Assembly: GCA_022841985.1 (NCBI GenBank) | Contig: JALHQL010000001.1 | Location: forward strand, 5,529-69,528 | Length of the DNA stretch: 64,000 nucleotides | Source of the DNA: Minisyncoccota bacterium | GTDB taxonomy: Bacteria > Patescibacteriota > Minisyncoccia > Phycocordibacterales > Phycocordibacteraceae | Reading direction: 5' to 3' | Shown: positions 17,617-27,540 of the stretch, piece after piece | How the letters are laid out: every line of letters begins with the position of its first letter | How positions within the stretch are numbered: position 1 is the first letter of the stretch | Made by a program: the position numbers and the translations under genes | Notes under the pieces: model-generated | What the model was told of the DNA's origin: nothing | Seen by the model: the letters and a program-made list of their open reading frames with translations, nothing else | Database searches by the model: none

Positions 17617-17744
17617 GCTTTGCGTGGGATTGCGACTTACAACAAACATCTCGCGAAACTCGCTGTTTGGCAAGTCGGAAACAATGCAATTCTTTAGACC
17701 GCTCTGCCATCTCTCCATCTATTCTGTTATAACAGAAAAATTTT

Positions 17745-18641
17745 CTATTTTCCAAGCAATGCTTCGATTCTACTTTGAATTGGCGGATGCGTAGAAAACA
17801 TTCGCCCAATCCATCCACTTATCCTGTCTGATTTCGCTCCAAATGGATCTCCAATGAAAAGGTGTGCAGTCGCTGTATTGGCGCTTTTCATTGGTGATGC
17901 ATAACTGCCAATCTTTTCGAGCGCAGAAGCGAGACCTTCGGGATATCGTGTGAGCAAAGCACCTGAAGCATCTGCAAGATATTCGCGTCGTCGCGAGACA
18001 GCTAGCTGGATAAGTTTTGCCGCAACGGGCGCGAGCACAATACCGACAACCCCGAGCACCATAAAAATGGGACTGTTCCCTCCACGATTATTGTCTCGCC
18101 CTCCGCCAAATATCGACATGCGCAAGAAGATGTCCGCAACGATAGCGACAAAACCTGCGAGCACCACTGCAACTGTCATCAGAAGCATATCGCGATTCTT
18201 GATATGCGAAAGTTCGTGACCAATGACGCCCTCAAGTTCGGGTCGCGAGAGCAGGGTGAGCAATCCAGTCGTTACACACACAACCGCATGGTTCTCGTCG
18301 CGACCAGTCGCAAATGCATTTGGAGCAGGATCGTCAATCACGTAGAGCTTCGGCTTTGGGAGTCCTGCCGCAATAGCAAGATTCTCGGTAACGGTATAGA
18401 GATCAAAAAACTCCTCTCGCGAAGCTTCCCGTGCATGACTCATTGAGAGAACGAGCTTATCCGAAGCCCAGTAGGCATAAAAATTCGTTCCAAGAGCTAT
18501 TGCAACTGCGATATAGAGTATTGATGGATTTCCGTAATACCCAGAGACAACATATCCAATGGCAATAACAACAACCAAAAAGCCGAGCACGAGTGCCCAC
18601 GTCCGACGGATATTGCTAGATCGCTGTGCGTACAAGTTCAT
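17745..18641 (-). CDS. htpX: Zinc metalloprotease HtpX (M48 family)
   Basis: 298 aa. HELSH zinc-binding motif (VIGHELSHIKNRD). N-terminal TM helices. Conserved C-terminal THPPIxxRI. Confidence 0.8.
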   Translation of the reverse strand: MNLYAQRSSNIRRTWALVLGFLVVVIAIGYVVSGYYGNPSILYIAVAIALGTNFYAYWASDKLVLSMSHAREASREEFFDLYTVTENLAIAAGLPKPKLYVIDDPAPNAFATGRDENHAVVCVTTGLLTLLSRPELEGVIGHELSHIKNRDMLLMTVAVVLAGFVAIVADIFLRMSIFGGGRDNNRGGNSPIFMVLGVVGIVLAPVAAKLIQLAVSRRREYLADASGALLTRYPEGLASALEKIGSYASPMKSANTATAHLFIGDPFGAKSDRISGWIGRMFSTHPPIQSRIEALLGK

Positions 18642-18683
18642 AACTAAATGATAGTCACAAATTTCACCCGTGACTACAGTCCA

Positions 18684-19244
18684 CTAGAATTGCACTTTCA
18701 CCGGTTCTTTCGCCGCCTGTTCGTTTGCGCCGAGTTCAAAGAGGTCCATCGGTTTAAAATCAAAATATGAAGCGATGAGGTTCCCAGGGAATGATTCCTC
18801 CGCGGTGTTGAGCGTCATCACCGTTGTATTGTAGAAGCGGCGAGATGCCTGGATTTTGTCTTCGGTATCTCCGAGTTCTTTCTGGAGCTGAAGGAAGTTC
18901 TGATTTGCTTTGAGGTCCGGATAAGCTTCAGAGACGGCAAAGAGCGATTTCAGAGCACCCGAAAGCATGTTTTCTGAGGCTGAGTGCTCTGCCGGTGTGC
19001 CTGCTTGCATAGCTTGTGTGCGAGCCTTGGTCACATTTTCAAAAACACTACTCTCGTGTTTTGCGTACCCCTTTACCGTTTCCATAAGATTCGGGATGAG
19101 GTCATAACGGCGCTTGAGTTGCACGTCGATATCGGCCCATGCTTCCTTCGCCTGATTAACGAGCGAAACAAGACGATTGTACGCAAAAATAGCCCAGAAC
19201 ACGACAACGGCAATGACGATTAGAACGATTGTTGTGATAGTCAT
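18684..19244 (-). CDS. lemA: LemA family protein
   Basis: 186 aa. N-terminal TM helix then NRLVSLVNQAKEAWADIDVQLKRRYDLIPNLMETVKGYAKHE, the typical LemA core. lemA-htpX adjacency is a common conserved pair. Confidence 0.75.
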   Translation of the reverse strand: MTITTIVLIVIAVVVFWAIFAYNRLVSLVNQAKEAWADIDVQLKRRYDLIPNLMETVKGYAKHESSVFENVTKARTQAMQAGTPAEHSASENMLSGALKSLFAVSEAYPDLKANQNFLQLQKELGDTEDKIQASRRFYNTTVMTLNTAEESFPGNLIASYFDFKPMDLFELGANEQAAKEPVKVQF

Positions 19245-19269
19245 ACAGTTATTGTAACAAAACTAGTGG

Positions 19270-20409
19270 TTAAAGTACAGACCGTGCAACTGCTTTTACC
19301 ACACGAGGATCAAGAAGATCGGGAATAATTTTAGCCGCAGTTGGTTTCGAGACGAGTGCCGCAAGAGCGCGGGCGGCGCGAAGCTTAGTTTCCTCTGTAA
19401 TCTTCTTTACGCTCTTATCAAGCGCGCCACGAAAAATACCGGGGAACACAAGGGCGTTGTTGATCTGATTTGGAAAGTCGGAGCGGCCCGTCGCGACGAC
19501 CATTGCGCCCGCTTTCTTTGCTTCGTCCGGAAGAATCTCTGGGTCAGGATTCGCCATTGCAAAAACAATCCCCCGCGGCGACATGGTGGCGACCTGCTCG
19601 GCTTTCAAAACTCCTTTTCCAGAAAGACCAATGAACCCGTCAGCGCCCTGCATAGCCTCAGCGAGACCACCCTCAACCCTGCGAGGATTCATAAGGCCAG
19701 CAAGCTCTTTCTTATGTGTATGTAAGTCAGTACGTCCAGCAAAAATCGTTCCAACGCGATCAAGAAGAACAATATCTCTAATTCCGGCAGCGAAGAGTAG
19801 CTTTGCAACCGCCGTGCCGGCCGCACCTGCCCCACTAATAACAATCTTAAGATCTTTGAAATTTTTCTTTACTACTTTTGCAGCATTTAAAAGACCTGCG
19901 AGCACAACAATTGCCGTACCATGCTGATCATCGTGCATGACCGGAATATCGAGATCTTCAACAAGGCGTCTCTCAATTTCAAAGCAGTGTGGCGCCGCGA
20001 TATCTTCGAGATTGATGCCGCCAAAAGATGGTGCGACAGCTTTTACGATACGTATAATCTCTTCAGGGTCCTGCGTATTGAGTACAAGCGGCCACGCATC
20101 GACGCCAGCTTTTTCTTTAAAGATGAGCGCTTTCCCTTCCATGACCGGCAAAGCGCCGTACGGGCCAATGTTCCCAAGTCCAAGCACGGCCGAGCCATCG
20201 GAGATGACCGCGACACTATTTTTCTTCACCGACATCTTCCGCGCATCCTCCGGATGCGCGGCCAAGTGAAGCGATGCGACGCCGACACCCGGCGTGTACC
20301 ACAGCGAAAAGTCTTTTTTACCCGCAAGCTTCACGCGAGCCCTCGTTTCTATCCGTGCGCCCTGACCCTTAAACGCCGCCAGTATCTTTTTTGATGATTT
20401 AGTATCCAT
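19270..20409 (-). CDS. NAD(P)-dependent malic enzyme (short form). Start at the internal Met (MDTKSS...) is preferred over the ORF-track start at 20469.
   Basis: The malic-enzyme core (VKLAGKKDFSLWYTPGVGVAS, GNIGPYGALPVMEGKALIFKEKAGVDAWPLVL, GINLEDIAAPHCFEIERRL) and Rossmann segment (VISGAGAAGTAVAKLL) are matched throughout. The longer ORF would overlap the divergent recG. Confidence 0.8.
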   Translation of the reverse strand: MDTKSSKKILAAFKGQGARIETRARVKLAGKKDFSLWYTPGVGVASLHLAAHPEDARKMSVKKNSVAVISDGSAVLGLGNIGPYGALPVMEGKALIFKEKAGVDAWPLVLNTQDPEEIIRIVKAVAPSFGGINLEDIAAPHCFEIERRLVEDLDIPVMHDDQHGTAIVVLAGLLNAAKVVKKNFKDLKIVISGAGAAGTAVAKLLFAAGIRDIVLLDRVGTIFAGRTDLHTHKKELAGLMNPRRVEGGLAEAMQGADGFIGLSGKGVLKAEQVATMSPRGIVFAMANPDPEILPDEAKKAGAMVVATGRSDFPNQINNALVFPGIFRGALDKSVKKITEETKLRAARALAALVSKPTAAKIIPDLLDPRVVKAVARSVL

Positions 20410-20428
20410 ATGAAGTAGCCAGTATACT

Positions 20429-22597
20429 ATGCGAGTGAATCCAGAAGACACTGTTGATACACATTTCACCCGACTGAAACCCGACCAGAGACGGGCGCTC
20501 GCGAAGCTCGGGATACGAACTATCCACGATATGCTCTATCACTTCCCTGCCCGCTATGAGAACGCAGGGCCGACCGGGACGATTGCCGGCATATCGGCGG
20601 GAAGCGAAGTCACGCTCTATGGCACCGTTCGCAAACCCGATATACGCAGGACATGGAAGAGTCGTCGCCCTATCGCCGAGGCATGGCTCGAGGATGCATC
20701 AGGAAAAATAAAAATGATGTGGTTCTCACAACCTTACATCGCCAAAACTCTGCACGATGGCATGGTGGTAAAAGTGAGCGGACGGGTCGCGGGTACTGGT
20801 ACCAAAGTGTACCTGGCAAATCCGGAGATAGATAAATCGCCTATTGTTCCAGAAGATATCCATGATTCTTTATTTTCGAAGGGCGAAACTCCAGAGGAAA
20901 CGCTCTACCCGATTTATCCAGAGAGCCAAGGCGTTTCCTCGCTCTGGTTCTTGCATGCGGTGAGAAAAATTTTTGAAACAAACGTACACGAACGTATCGA
21001 AGATCCGATTCCACAAGAAGTCCTCGAACGCTACAACCTGCCCACACTCTCTTCCGCCCTTGTTTTCATACATGCGCCACGGCAATTAACTGATGCAACT
21101 GCTGCGCGCAAGCGCTTTGCCTTTGAAGAAGTCTTCGCACTCCAGATCATGATGCAACAGCGACGCCGAGCACTTTTGAAAGAAGAAGCACTGCCAGTCG
21201 CCGTCAATCGACCAGCGCTTGCGGACTTCATCGCATCCTTCCCTTTCCCTGCGACCAAAGCCCAGATGCGAGCAATTGAAGCCATCGCTGCGGACTTCGA
21301 AAAAACTCACCCCATGCTTCGTTTGCTTGAGGGCGACGTGGGCAGCGGTAAGACCGCGGTCGCTGCAGCGACCGCGTATCTTGTCGCGACATCACTTCCG
21401 AAAAACAGAGTTGCCGGCACCCTCCAAGTCGCTTACCTCTGCCCGACTGAAATTCTCGCAAAACAGCATTTTTCAACATTTGTTTCCTATTTCAAAGATC
21501 ATCCAATCCCCATCGGCCTCATCACGGGCAGCGAATGTCGGAAATTCCCTTCTCGAGTGCGTTATGAAGAATCTGCAAAACTCTCAAAAGCTGCGTTTAA
21601 GAAAATGGTAGCAAATGGAGAGATCCCTATCGTCATCGGAACTCATGCAATCATTGAAAAATCACTCTCATTCAAATATTTCGCATACGCAATTATCGAT
21701 GAACAGCACCGCTTCGGTATCGTTCACCGGCAGAAACTCGCAACAAAAGGAGTGATTGCTCCGCATCTACTTTCAATGACGGCGACACCCATCCCACGCA
21801 CGCTCGCGCTTACGATTTACGGCGATCTCGACCTTACTGTACTTGATGAGATGCCAGCAGGAAGAAAACCAGTTGCCACGGAAATCGTCGGCCCAGAAAA
21901 ACGCGAGCGTGCCTATGAGCGCGTCCGCGAGGAACTCTCCGTCGGACATCAAGCATATGTTATCTGTCCGCGTATTGATGAGCCCGATCCGGCAAAAGAG
22001 CTTGCCCTCCAAGCGAAATCCGTGAAAGCTGAAGCGGCACGTTTGAAACGAGAAATATTTAAAGAAGCAACAATAGATATTTTGCACAGCAAAATGAAAC
22101 TGCCAGAAAAAGAAGAGACTATGAATAGATTCGAGAAAGGTGACATTGATATCCTTGTTGCAACTTCTGTAGTCGAAGTGGGCGTAAACGTCCCGAATGC
22201 AACGGCCATATTGATTGAAGGAGCCGAACGTTTTGGACTCGCACAGCTACACCAACTGCGCGGACGCGTCCTCCGCTCCACACACCAGTCCTACTGCTTC
22301 GCGCTTCCGGAATCATTTGGCCAAGCGACCAAAGACCGAATGAAGGCATTCACCACCGCGAAAAATGGCTTTGAGCTCGCTGAATACGACCTCGCACTCC
22401 GAGGCGCTGGTGAACTCGTCGGCGGCAAGCAGTGGGGCGTCTCTGACATCGCGATGGAAGCGCTCAAAAACATAAAGCTCGTGGAAGCGGCGCGTACCGA
22501 AGCGACACAACTCATTGCAAAAGATCCTGAATTAAAAAATCATCCCGTCCTCGCACTACGCGCCCTCGCTGCCGACCGCGACATGCATTTGGAATAA
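20429..22597 (+). CDS. recG: ATP-dependent DNA helicase RecG
   Basis: 722 aa. Walker A GDVGSGKTAVA. DEQHRFG (DEAH-box equivalent). C-terminal helicase motifs (QLHQLRGRVLR). Wedge/OB N-terminal region. Confidence 0.85.
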   Translation: MRVNPEDTVDTHFTRLKPDQRRALAKLGIRTIHDMLYHFPARYENAGPTGTIAGISAGSEVTLYGTVRKPDIRRTWKSRRPIAEAWLEDASGKIKMMWFSQPYIAKTLHDGMVVKVSGRVAGTGTKVYLANPEIDKSPIVPEDIHDSLFSKGETPEETLYPIYPESQGVSSLWFLHAVRKIFETNVHERIEDPIPQEVLERYNLPTLSSALVFIHAPRQLTDATAARKRFAFEEVFALQIMMQQRRRALLKEEALPVAVNRPALADFIASFPFPATKAQMRAIEAIAADFEKTHPMLRLLEGDVGSGKTAVAAATAYLVATSLPKNRVAGTLQVAYLCPTEILAKQHFSTFVSYFKDHPIPIGLITGSECRKFPSRVRYEESAKLSKAAFKKMVANGEIPIVIGTHAIIEKSLSFKYFAYAIIDEQHRFGIVHRQKLATKGVIAPHLLSMTATPIPRTLALTIYGDLDLTVLDEMPAGRKPVATEIVGPEKRERAYERVREELSVGHQAYVICPRIDEPDPAKELALQAKSVKAEAARLKREIFKEATIDILHSKMKLPEKEETMNRFEKGDIDILVATSVVEVGVNVPNATAILIEGAERFGLAQLHQLRGRVLRSTHQSYCFALPESFGQATKDRMKAFTTAKNGFELAEYDLALRGAGELVGGKQWGVSDIAMEALKNIKLVEAARTEATQLIAKDPELKNHPVLALRALAADRDMHLE

Positions 22598-22651
22598 AAA
22601 TTGAGTCCTCTAGTTGAGGCCCTATTCGATACCTCGTGCTAGCATGTTCGA

Positions 22652-23230
22652 ATGGATACTGACCCAAAATGGACTGTGTATCAAAAACGCACAGCTAGCG
22701 GGAGACCGCGGCCTCTCCTTGTTGAAGCTCTTTCCTATGTGAAAGAAAAAGGTGCAGCCATGGACCTAGGAGCTGGCGCACTAAACGACACTCAATTTCT
22801 CTTGGATTTAGAAAATGGATTCCGAGAAATTGTTGCGATTGACATAACACCTCAATTCAAGGAACTTTCCGTACCGCCGAATGTACAATTTTCCTATGTG
22901 CAAAAACGATTGGAAGAATATCAATTCCCAATCGATCGTTTCGACCTCATTTCTGCACAATACATCCTCCCTTTCATACCAAAAGATGACTTTAATAATA
23001 TTTGGATGAACATTTATGCAGCCCTAAAAACAGGAGGGGTATTTACCGGACAACTTTTCGGAGAGCACGATGATTGGTTTGGCAGAGAGAATATGACTTT
23101 CCATACAAAAAATGAGATGGGGAAACTAACTAGCAAATTTGAACCTCTTGTATGCAACGAACGTGAATACACTGAAGAGAACGAGAGGAAAAAACATTGG
23201 CACTATTTTGATTTTATTTTAAAGAAATAG
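22652..23230 (+). CDS. Class I SAM-dependent methyltransferase (TehB / thiopurine-MTase-like)
   Basis: 192 aa. SAM motif I AMDLGAGALNDTQFL. Post-I acidic residue (AIDI). Overall TehB-like length. Confidence 0.6.
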   Translation: MDTDPKWTVYQKRTASGRPRPLLVEALSYVKEKGAAMDLGAGALNDTQFLLDLENGFREIVAIDITPQFKELSVPPNVQFSYVQKRLEEYQFPIDRFDLISAQYILPFIPKDDFNNIWMNIYAALKTGGVFTGQLFGEHDDWFGRENMTFHTKNEMGKLTSKFEPLVCNEREYTEENERKKHWHYFDFILKK

Positions 23231-23282
23231 GAGCCACACTTTGTCAGTATGGCTCCTAAAAGACTACGCGCAAAAGAGCTTC

Positions 23283-23771
23283 TCAGAATACCCTCTTACA
23301 TTCATTTGGAGAGCAGTCTTTCGGCTGGCAACCGTCTGGACTGCAATCCGACGCATCCCTGCTTCCTGAAGGACCCCACCAATTCAATGACAACTCGCCG
23401 AACACAGTTTTGGCGAGTTCGCGAGTGCGAGGGACAGAATCGTAATTCTTCGTTTCTGCGAATGGATCCTCCGGCTGATGATGCACGTATCGACCACAGT
23501 AGTCCTTACAGAATTGTGCATAGTCCTTCGTAAAAAGAAGGAAGATATGCCAACCCTGATCGAGTGCCTTTGTTGGCGCCAGAGACTGCGAAGTGGTAAC
23601 ACACAGCGCGAGAAACCTCTTCACGTCCTCAAAGAGAATTTCTGCTTCTGCGCGTGTAATTTCCAACTCCACCTGCATCTTGTTAAGCAGAATTGGGTGT
23701 TGGTAGCCATGCATGAGCTCGAAACACGAATGTGCGGGATGAACTCTCTCACATACCAATGGTTGTATCAT
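23283..23771 (-). CDS. Hypothetical protein with Cys-rich C-terminal tail (weak DUF1399/GRDP-like motif D..WH..LL....Y...C......HH.P)
   Basis: 162 aa. LDQGWHIFLLFTKDYAQFCKDYCGRYVHHQP loosely resembles the DUF1399 core. The C-terminus DASDCSPDGCQPKDCSPNEC has repeated DCSP. No confident family assignment. Confidence 0.3.
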   Translation of the reverse strand: MIQPLVCERVHPAHSCFELMHGYQHPILLNKMQVELEITRAEAEILFEDVKRFLALCVTTSQSLAPTKALDQGWHIFLLFTKDYAQFCKDYCGRYVHHQPEDPFAETKNYDSVPRTRELAKTVFGELSLNWWGPSGSRDASDCSPDGCQPKDCSPNECKRVF

Positions 23772-23876
23772 CTCATACCTCCGTTGATTAGGAAAATCTA
23801 TTGGGCAAAAAGATCTTTCAAAAACACTATACTCCTAAATTATATTTAGTCAATGGTACGGAAGCCTGCGGTAAAA

Positions 23877-24428
23877 TCACTTTTCGGCGACCATGATGAA
23901 ATACGGAGGGAAATTACGAACCTCGAATGAAAGATTTATTTTTTTCTTAAAATACTTTTTGAGGTACGGAAACATAAGAGGAGAAACTTGATAGATGATG
24001 AATCGTCCATGCTCCGAAAGTTTCTGAAATGTTTGTTTCGCAATTATGTCCCGTTCATTTGAATTGAAGAAAGAGAATGGGATACCGGAGATAACCGCAT
24101 CAATGCGCGGGAGCTTCAACTCAGAGAGATTTTTACAAATTTTTAAAACGTCGCCCTGCACTATTTGAAGCCGAGGATCATGGATTTTCTTCAACAGTGC
24201 GATGAAGTGAGGATTCATCTCGATGGCAATGAGCTTCCCATCACGGGGCATATGGTCCAGAAGTGCCTTTGTGATGACCCCGTCTCCTGCCCCATACTCT
24301 ATGATGCACGTGCGAGAATGATGGGGAAGTTTTTTTAAAATCTGTTTGACAACGAAACTAGAACTTGGGGTAAAAGCTCCGACTTTATAGTCTCGTAATG
24401 CGGTTTTAAAAAAATGAATCTTGGACAT
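23877..24428 (-). CDS. Class I SAM-dependent methyltransferase (PmtA / small rRNA-adenine-dimethylase-like fold)
   Basis: 183 aa. Motif I IIEYGAGDGVITKALL. Motif post-II QGDVLKI. About 180 aa in length. Confidence 0.6.
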   Translation of the reverse strand: MSKIHFFKTALRDYKVGAFTPSSSFVVKQILKKLPHHSRTCIIEYGAGDGVITKALLDHMPRDGKLIAIEMNPHFIALLKKIHDPRLQIVQGDVLKICKNLSELKLPRIDAVISGIPFSFFNSNERDIIAKQTFQKLSEHGRFIIYQVSPLMFPYLKKYFKKKINLSFEVRNFPPYFIMVAEK

Positions 24429-24447
24429 CGTTTTATATATCTAGTAG

Positions 24448-24521
24448 TGGGCGTGCCTGGACTCGAACCAGGAACCGCCGAGGTATAAGCTCGGTGCTCT
24501 AACCAATTGAGCTACACGCCC
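24448..24521 (-). tRNA. tRNA-Ile (anticodon UAU); CCA not encoded
   Basis: Clean cloverleaf: GGGCGTG-TA-GCTC-AATTGGTTA-GAGC-A-CCGAG-CTTATAC-CTCGG-CGGTT-CCTGG-TTCGAGT-CCAGG-CACGCCC-A. Anticodon loop C-U-UAU-A-C. Confidence 0.75.
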
Positions 24522-24620
24522 AGAGTGAGGCGCCGAACGAAGGATCTATAACTTGATCGTCACAGACCTGCGTCCAGACTCGTTCATACTACAACGAAGC
24601 TCCGAACTTGCGAATCTCGA

Positions 24621-26573
24621 CTAGGCGACACCGCCGGGGACACTCGGCGCGATGATGATACCTTCCTCTTCTCTCTTTTTCGGCGTAATCCCGTTCGCAA
24701 TCAAAATCTTTTCAAAGCTATCTCTCTCGACAGTTTCTTTCTCAATGAGTTCCTTCGCGATAGCGTCGAGCGCCTTGCGATGCTCAGTGATGACCTGTTT
24801 CGCGCGAACTTTCGCTTCTTCAATAATGCGAGCAACTTCGGCATCTATTTGCATCGCGACATGTTCGGAGTATGGCTCGTTCCCGAGCTGCCGCTCACCA
24901 AAAGCAATAGGGCCCAATTTTTCGCTCATGCCATAGCGGACGACCATATCGCGCGCAATCGCGGTAATGACCATGAGATCATTGGAGGGACCAGTTGTCA
25001 CATCATCGAAGAGCATTTCTTCAGCGACGTATCCGCCAAGCGTTGCCGCGATGTCGTCGAGGAACTGCTTCTTCGACTGCATCTTCTTGTCTTCAAAAGG
25101 AAGCTTGAGTGTGTATCCTGCCGCTCGGCCACGACTGATGATAGAAATTTTATGCACCGGATCGGCATTCGGCAGTACCGAAGAGACGAGGGCATGACCT
25201 GCTTCGTGATAGGAGGTGAGTTCTTTTTCTTTTTTCGTAAGCAAGTGACTCTTGCGCTCGGGACCAAGCATCACTTTCTCTATCGAACGGATGAGGTCGT
25301 ACTGTGTGACTTCTGTCCGATTCTCGCGCGCAGCAAGGATCGCACCCTCATTCATAAGTGAATAGAGTTCGGCGCCCGAGAAACCGGGCGTGCGCTCGGC
25401 GATGGCAGGGAGCGCCACATCAGGACCCAAAGGCTTCTTGCGAGCATGGATCTTCAAAATATCTTCGCGATCGCGGCGATCGGGGAGATCAATAGTCACG
25501 CGCCGGTCAAACCGCCCAGGGCGAAGCAGTGCCGGATCGAGGACATCGGGTCTATTGGTTGCCGCCATAACTACGACTTTTTCGTTTGGTTCGAAGCCGT
25601 CCATCTCGACGAGAATCTGATTGAGCGTCTGCTCACGCTCGTCATTGCCGCCACCGACACCCGTGCCGCGCACACGCCCGACCGCGTCGATCTCATCAAC
25701 GAAAATAATCGCGGGCGCAGCCCTCTTTGCCATCTGGAAAAGGTCGCGCACTCTCGACGCTCCAACGCCGACGAACATTTCAACAAACTCGGAGCCTGAA
25801 ATGGAGAAGAACGGCACACCCGCCTCGCCTGCCACAGCACGAGCAAGTAAGGTTTTGCCGGTGCCCGGCGCGCCCATTAAGATAATACCCTTTGGGATTC
25901 GCGCACCGATATCGAGGAACTTTTTCGGATTCTTAAGGAAGTCGACAATCTCGAAAAGCTCCTCCTTCGCCTCGCGCGCGCCCGCGATATCAGCAAAAGT
26001 AACACGCTGTGAGGAGTCGGAAGGGTCAGTGATACGTGCTTTTGATTGCCCGAAGTTGAGTGCCTGCATACCCGCCCCTTTGACCTGTCGCGAAAGGAAC
26101 CAGAATATGAATCCAATGAAAAGAAGCGGCAGCAAAAACGGCGTGAGAGCGAGAAACCAAAATTGAAATCCTGACTGTCCCTGTATTGTAATCGACACTT
26201 TAGAGAGCTCTACGGGTGTCACGCCGTAGGTCGCGAGCGTCTCTGGAAGACCGGCAGAAGGATCCTTGCGCGAAGTCTTTTTAGATTCGTCGGTGTAGAC
26301 AAGATCAAGCGAGTCACCATTCACGGTAATTGCACGTATCTTCCCTGCCGCAACATCTCCCGCGACAACTGAGAGCGGTACGTCGACGCTCGGCTTCATA
26401 AAGCTCTCAACGAGCGAGTAGGCGCTCATGAGAAGAAGGAATATGAGAATAGTTGTCGTAAAATTGCCAAAGAAGGACGGGCCGCCAAAAAGCGTTTTCC
26501 AATCATTGCCTTTTGAGGGCGTCAGTGTTGATTTCTTCTCCTTTTGTTTTTTCGAGAACGTGACGAGCGGCAT
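24621..26573 (-). CDS. ftsH: ATP-dependent zinc metalloprotease FtsH
   Basis: 650 aa. Two N-terminal TM helices. AAA+ Walker [14 protein letters not shown]. Walker B/SRH. Zn protease motif HEAGHA. Confidence 0.9.
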   Translation of the reverse strand: MPLVTFSKKQKEKKSTLTPSKGNDWKTLFGGPSFFGNFTTTILIFLLLMSAYSLVESFMKPSVDVPLSVVAGDVAAGKIRAITVNGDSLDLVYTDESKKTSRKDPSAGLPETLATYGVTPVELSKVSITIQGQSGFQFWFLALTPFLLPLLFIGFIFWFLSRQVKGAGMQALNFGQSKARITDPSDSSQRVTFADIAGAREAKEELFEIVDFLKNPKKFLDIGARIPKGIILMGAPGTGKTLLARAVAGEAGVPFFSISGSEFVEMFVGVGASRVRDLFQMAKRAAPAIIFVDEIDAVGRVRGTGVGGGNDEREQTLNQILVEMDGFEPNEKVVVMAATNRPDVLDPALLRPGRFDRRVTIDLPDRRDREDILKIHARKKPLGPDVALPAIAERTPGFSGAELYSLMNEGAILAARENRTEVTQYDLIRSIEKVMLGPERKSHLLTKKEKELTSYHEAGHALVSSVLPNADPVHKISIISRGRAAGYTLKLPFEDKKMQSKKQFLDDIAATLGGYVAEEMLFDDVTTGPSNDLMVITAIARDMVVRYGMSEKLGPIAFGERQLGNEPYSEHVAMQIDAEVARIIEEAKVRAKQVITEHRKALDAIAKELIEKETVERDSFEKILIANGITPKKREEEGIIIAPSVPGGVA

Positions 26574-26634
26574 TGAGGTACTATACTCTTCACAGGCGAG
26601 AAGATAAAGTAGCTGCCATCATCGCCTCACCCTT

Positions 26635-27078
26635 ATGACCCTCATCAAAAACAAAAAAGCCCCAATACTCTACGAAACGCTCGAGACCTTCTCGGCGGGT
26701 ATTGAGCTGCTCGGCCAGGAAGTAAAGGCGCTTCGTGGCGGGCATGGCTCGCTCGAGGGTGCACGGGTAGTGGCACGGGGCGGCGAAGCATATATCGTCG
26801 GCATGACTATCCCGCCGTACCAGGCGGCAAATATGCCGAAAAGTTACGAACCCGAACGGCCGCGGCGTCTCTTGCTCACGAAAAAAGAGATCACCACGCT
26901 TGCTACCGAGGAATCAAAGAAGGGATTGACAATTGTGCCATTTGAGGTGTATACTAAGAAGGGTCTTATCAAGGCACGCATTGCTATAGTTCGCGGCAAA
27001 GGGAAAGCTGACCGCCGCGAAGACTTAAAGAAGCGAGACGCAATGCGCGAAACAGGACGCCTTTTGAAAAATAGATAG
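26635..27078 (+). CDS. smpB: SsrA-binding protein SmpB
   Basis: 147 aa. SmpB core ...GIELLGQEVKALR...RRLLLTKKEI... Immediately upstream of the tmRNA. Confidence 0.85.
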   Translation: MTLIKNKKAPILYETLETFSAGIELLGQEVKALRGGHGSLEGARVVARGGEAYIVGMTIPPYQAANMPKSYEPERPRRLLLTKKEITTLATEESKKGLTIVPFEVYTKKGLIKARIAIVRGKGKADRREDLKKRDAMRETGRLLKNR

Positions 27079-27123
27079 AGCGATCGGTCGCGGCAAGCGC
27101 GGGAATGCTATCCTACTCTTTCC

Positions 27124-27527
27124 GGGGGTGATCGGCTTTGACGATTTGTTCCTTGAAAGACGTGCGACGCAGTGCACTCCCGCCCAACACTTTAATCTGG
27201 CGGGAAACATACTTGCAAAGAATACTCTAGCAAGCGTGAAGTCCCCGTACTTCGGTATGAAGGACTTCTCGTTCGCCTACGCGAAAGCCTAACGGCTCTT
27301 CGCCTTCGCGACGTTCATCCTCTCGGGCTCCTATAGCCGAAGGTATGGGCGGAATCATCTATAGGATCGATGTTCGGAATCCCGTCCGATACATCTAGAC
27401 AAGGGATCGGGCAGGAATGGTTTCGTCTGCGTTCTTCGCATCCTGCCTCAAAGATAACGCTGACTACGCGTCGTAGAAACGCTTTCATAAACAGATTCGG
27501 ACGGGGGTTCAATTCCCCCCGCCTCCA
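27124..27527 (+). ncRNA. ssrA: tmRNA (SsrA), about 404 nt; 3' CCA not fully encoded
   Basis: 5' GGGGGTGATCGGCTTTGACG... (tmRNA 5' consensus GGGGCTGATTCTGGATTCGACGGG). 3' GGACGGGGGTTCAATTCCCCCCGCCTCCA (consensus GGACGGGGGTTCAA(C/T)TCCCCC.GCTCCACCA). Acceptor GGGGGTG/CGCCTCC with a G3-U70 Ala-identity pair. An in-frame tag ORF ends ...FSFAYAKA-TAA at ~27290-27317. Confidence 0.8.
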
Positions 27528-27540
27528 CAAAACAAACATT

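Noticed and set aside
17405-17818. ORFs 17405-17818 (-) and 17468-17794 (+)
   Set aside because: They span the tRNA-Ser gene and tRNA fragment, so are not coding.
24652-26166. Multiple plus-strand ORFs (up to 193 aa) within ftsH
   Set aside because: Antisense artefacts. FtsH motifs are on the minus strand.
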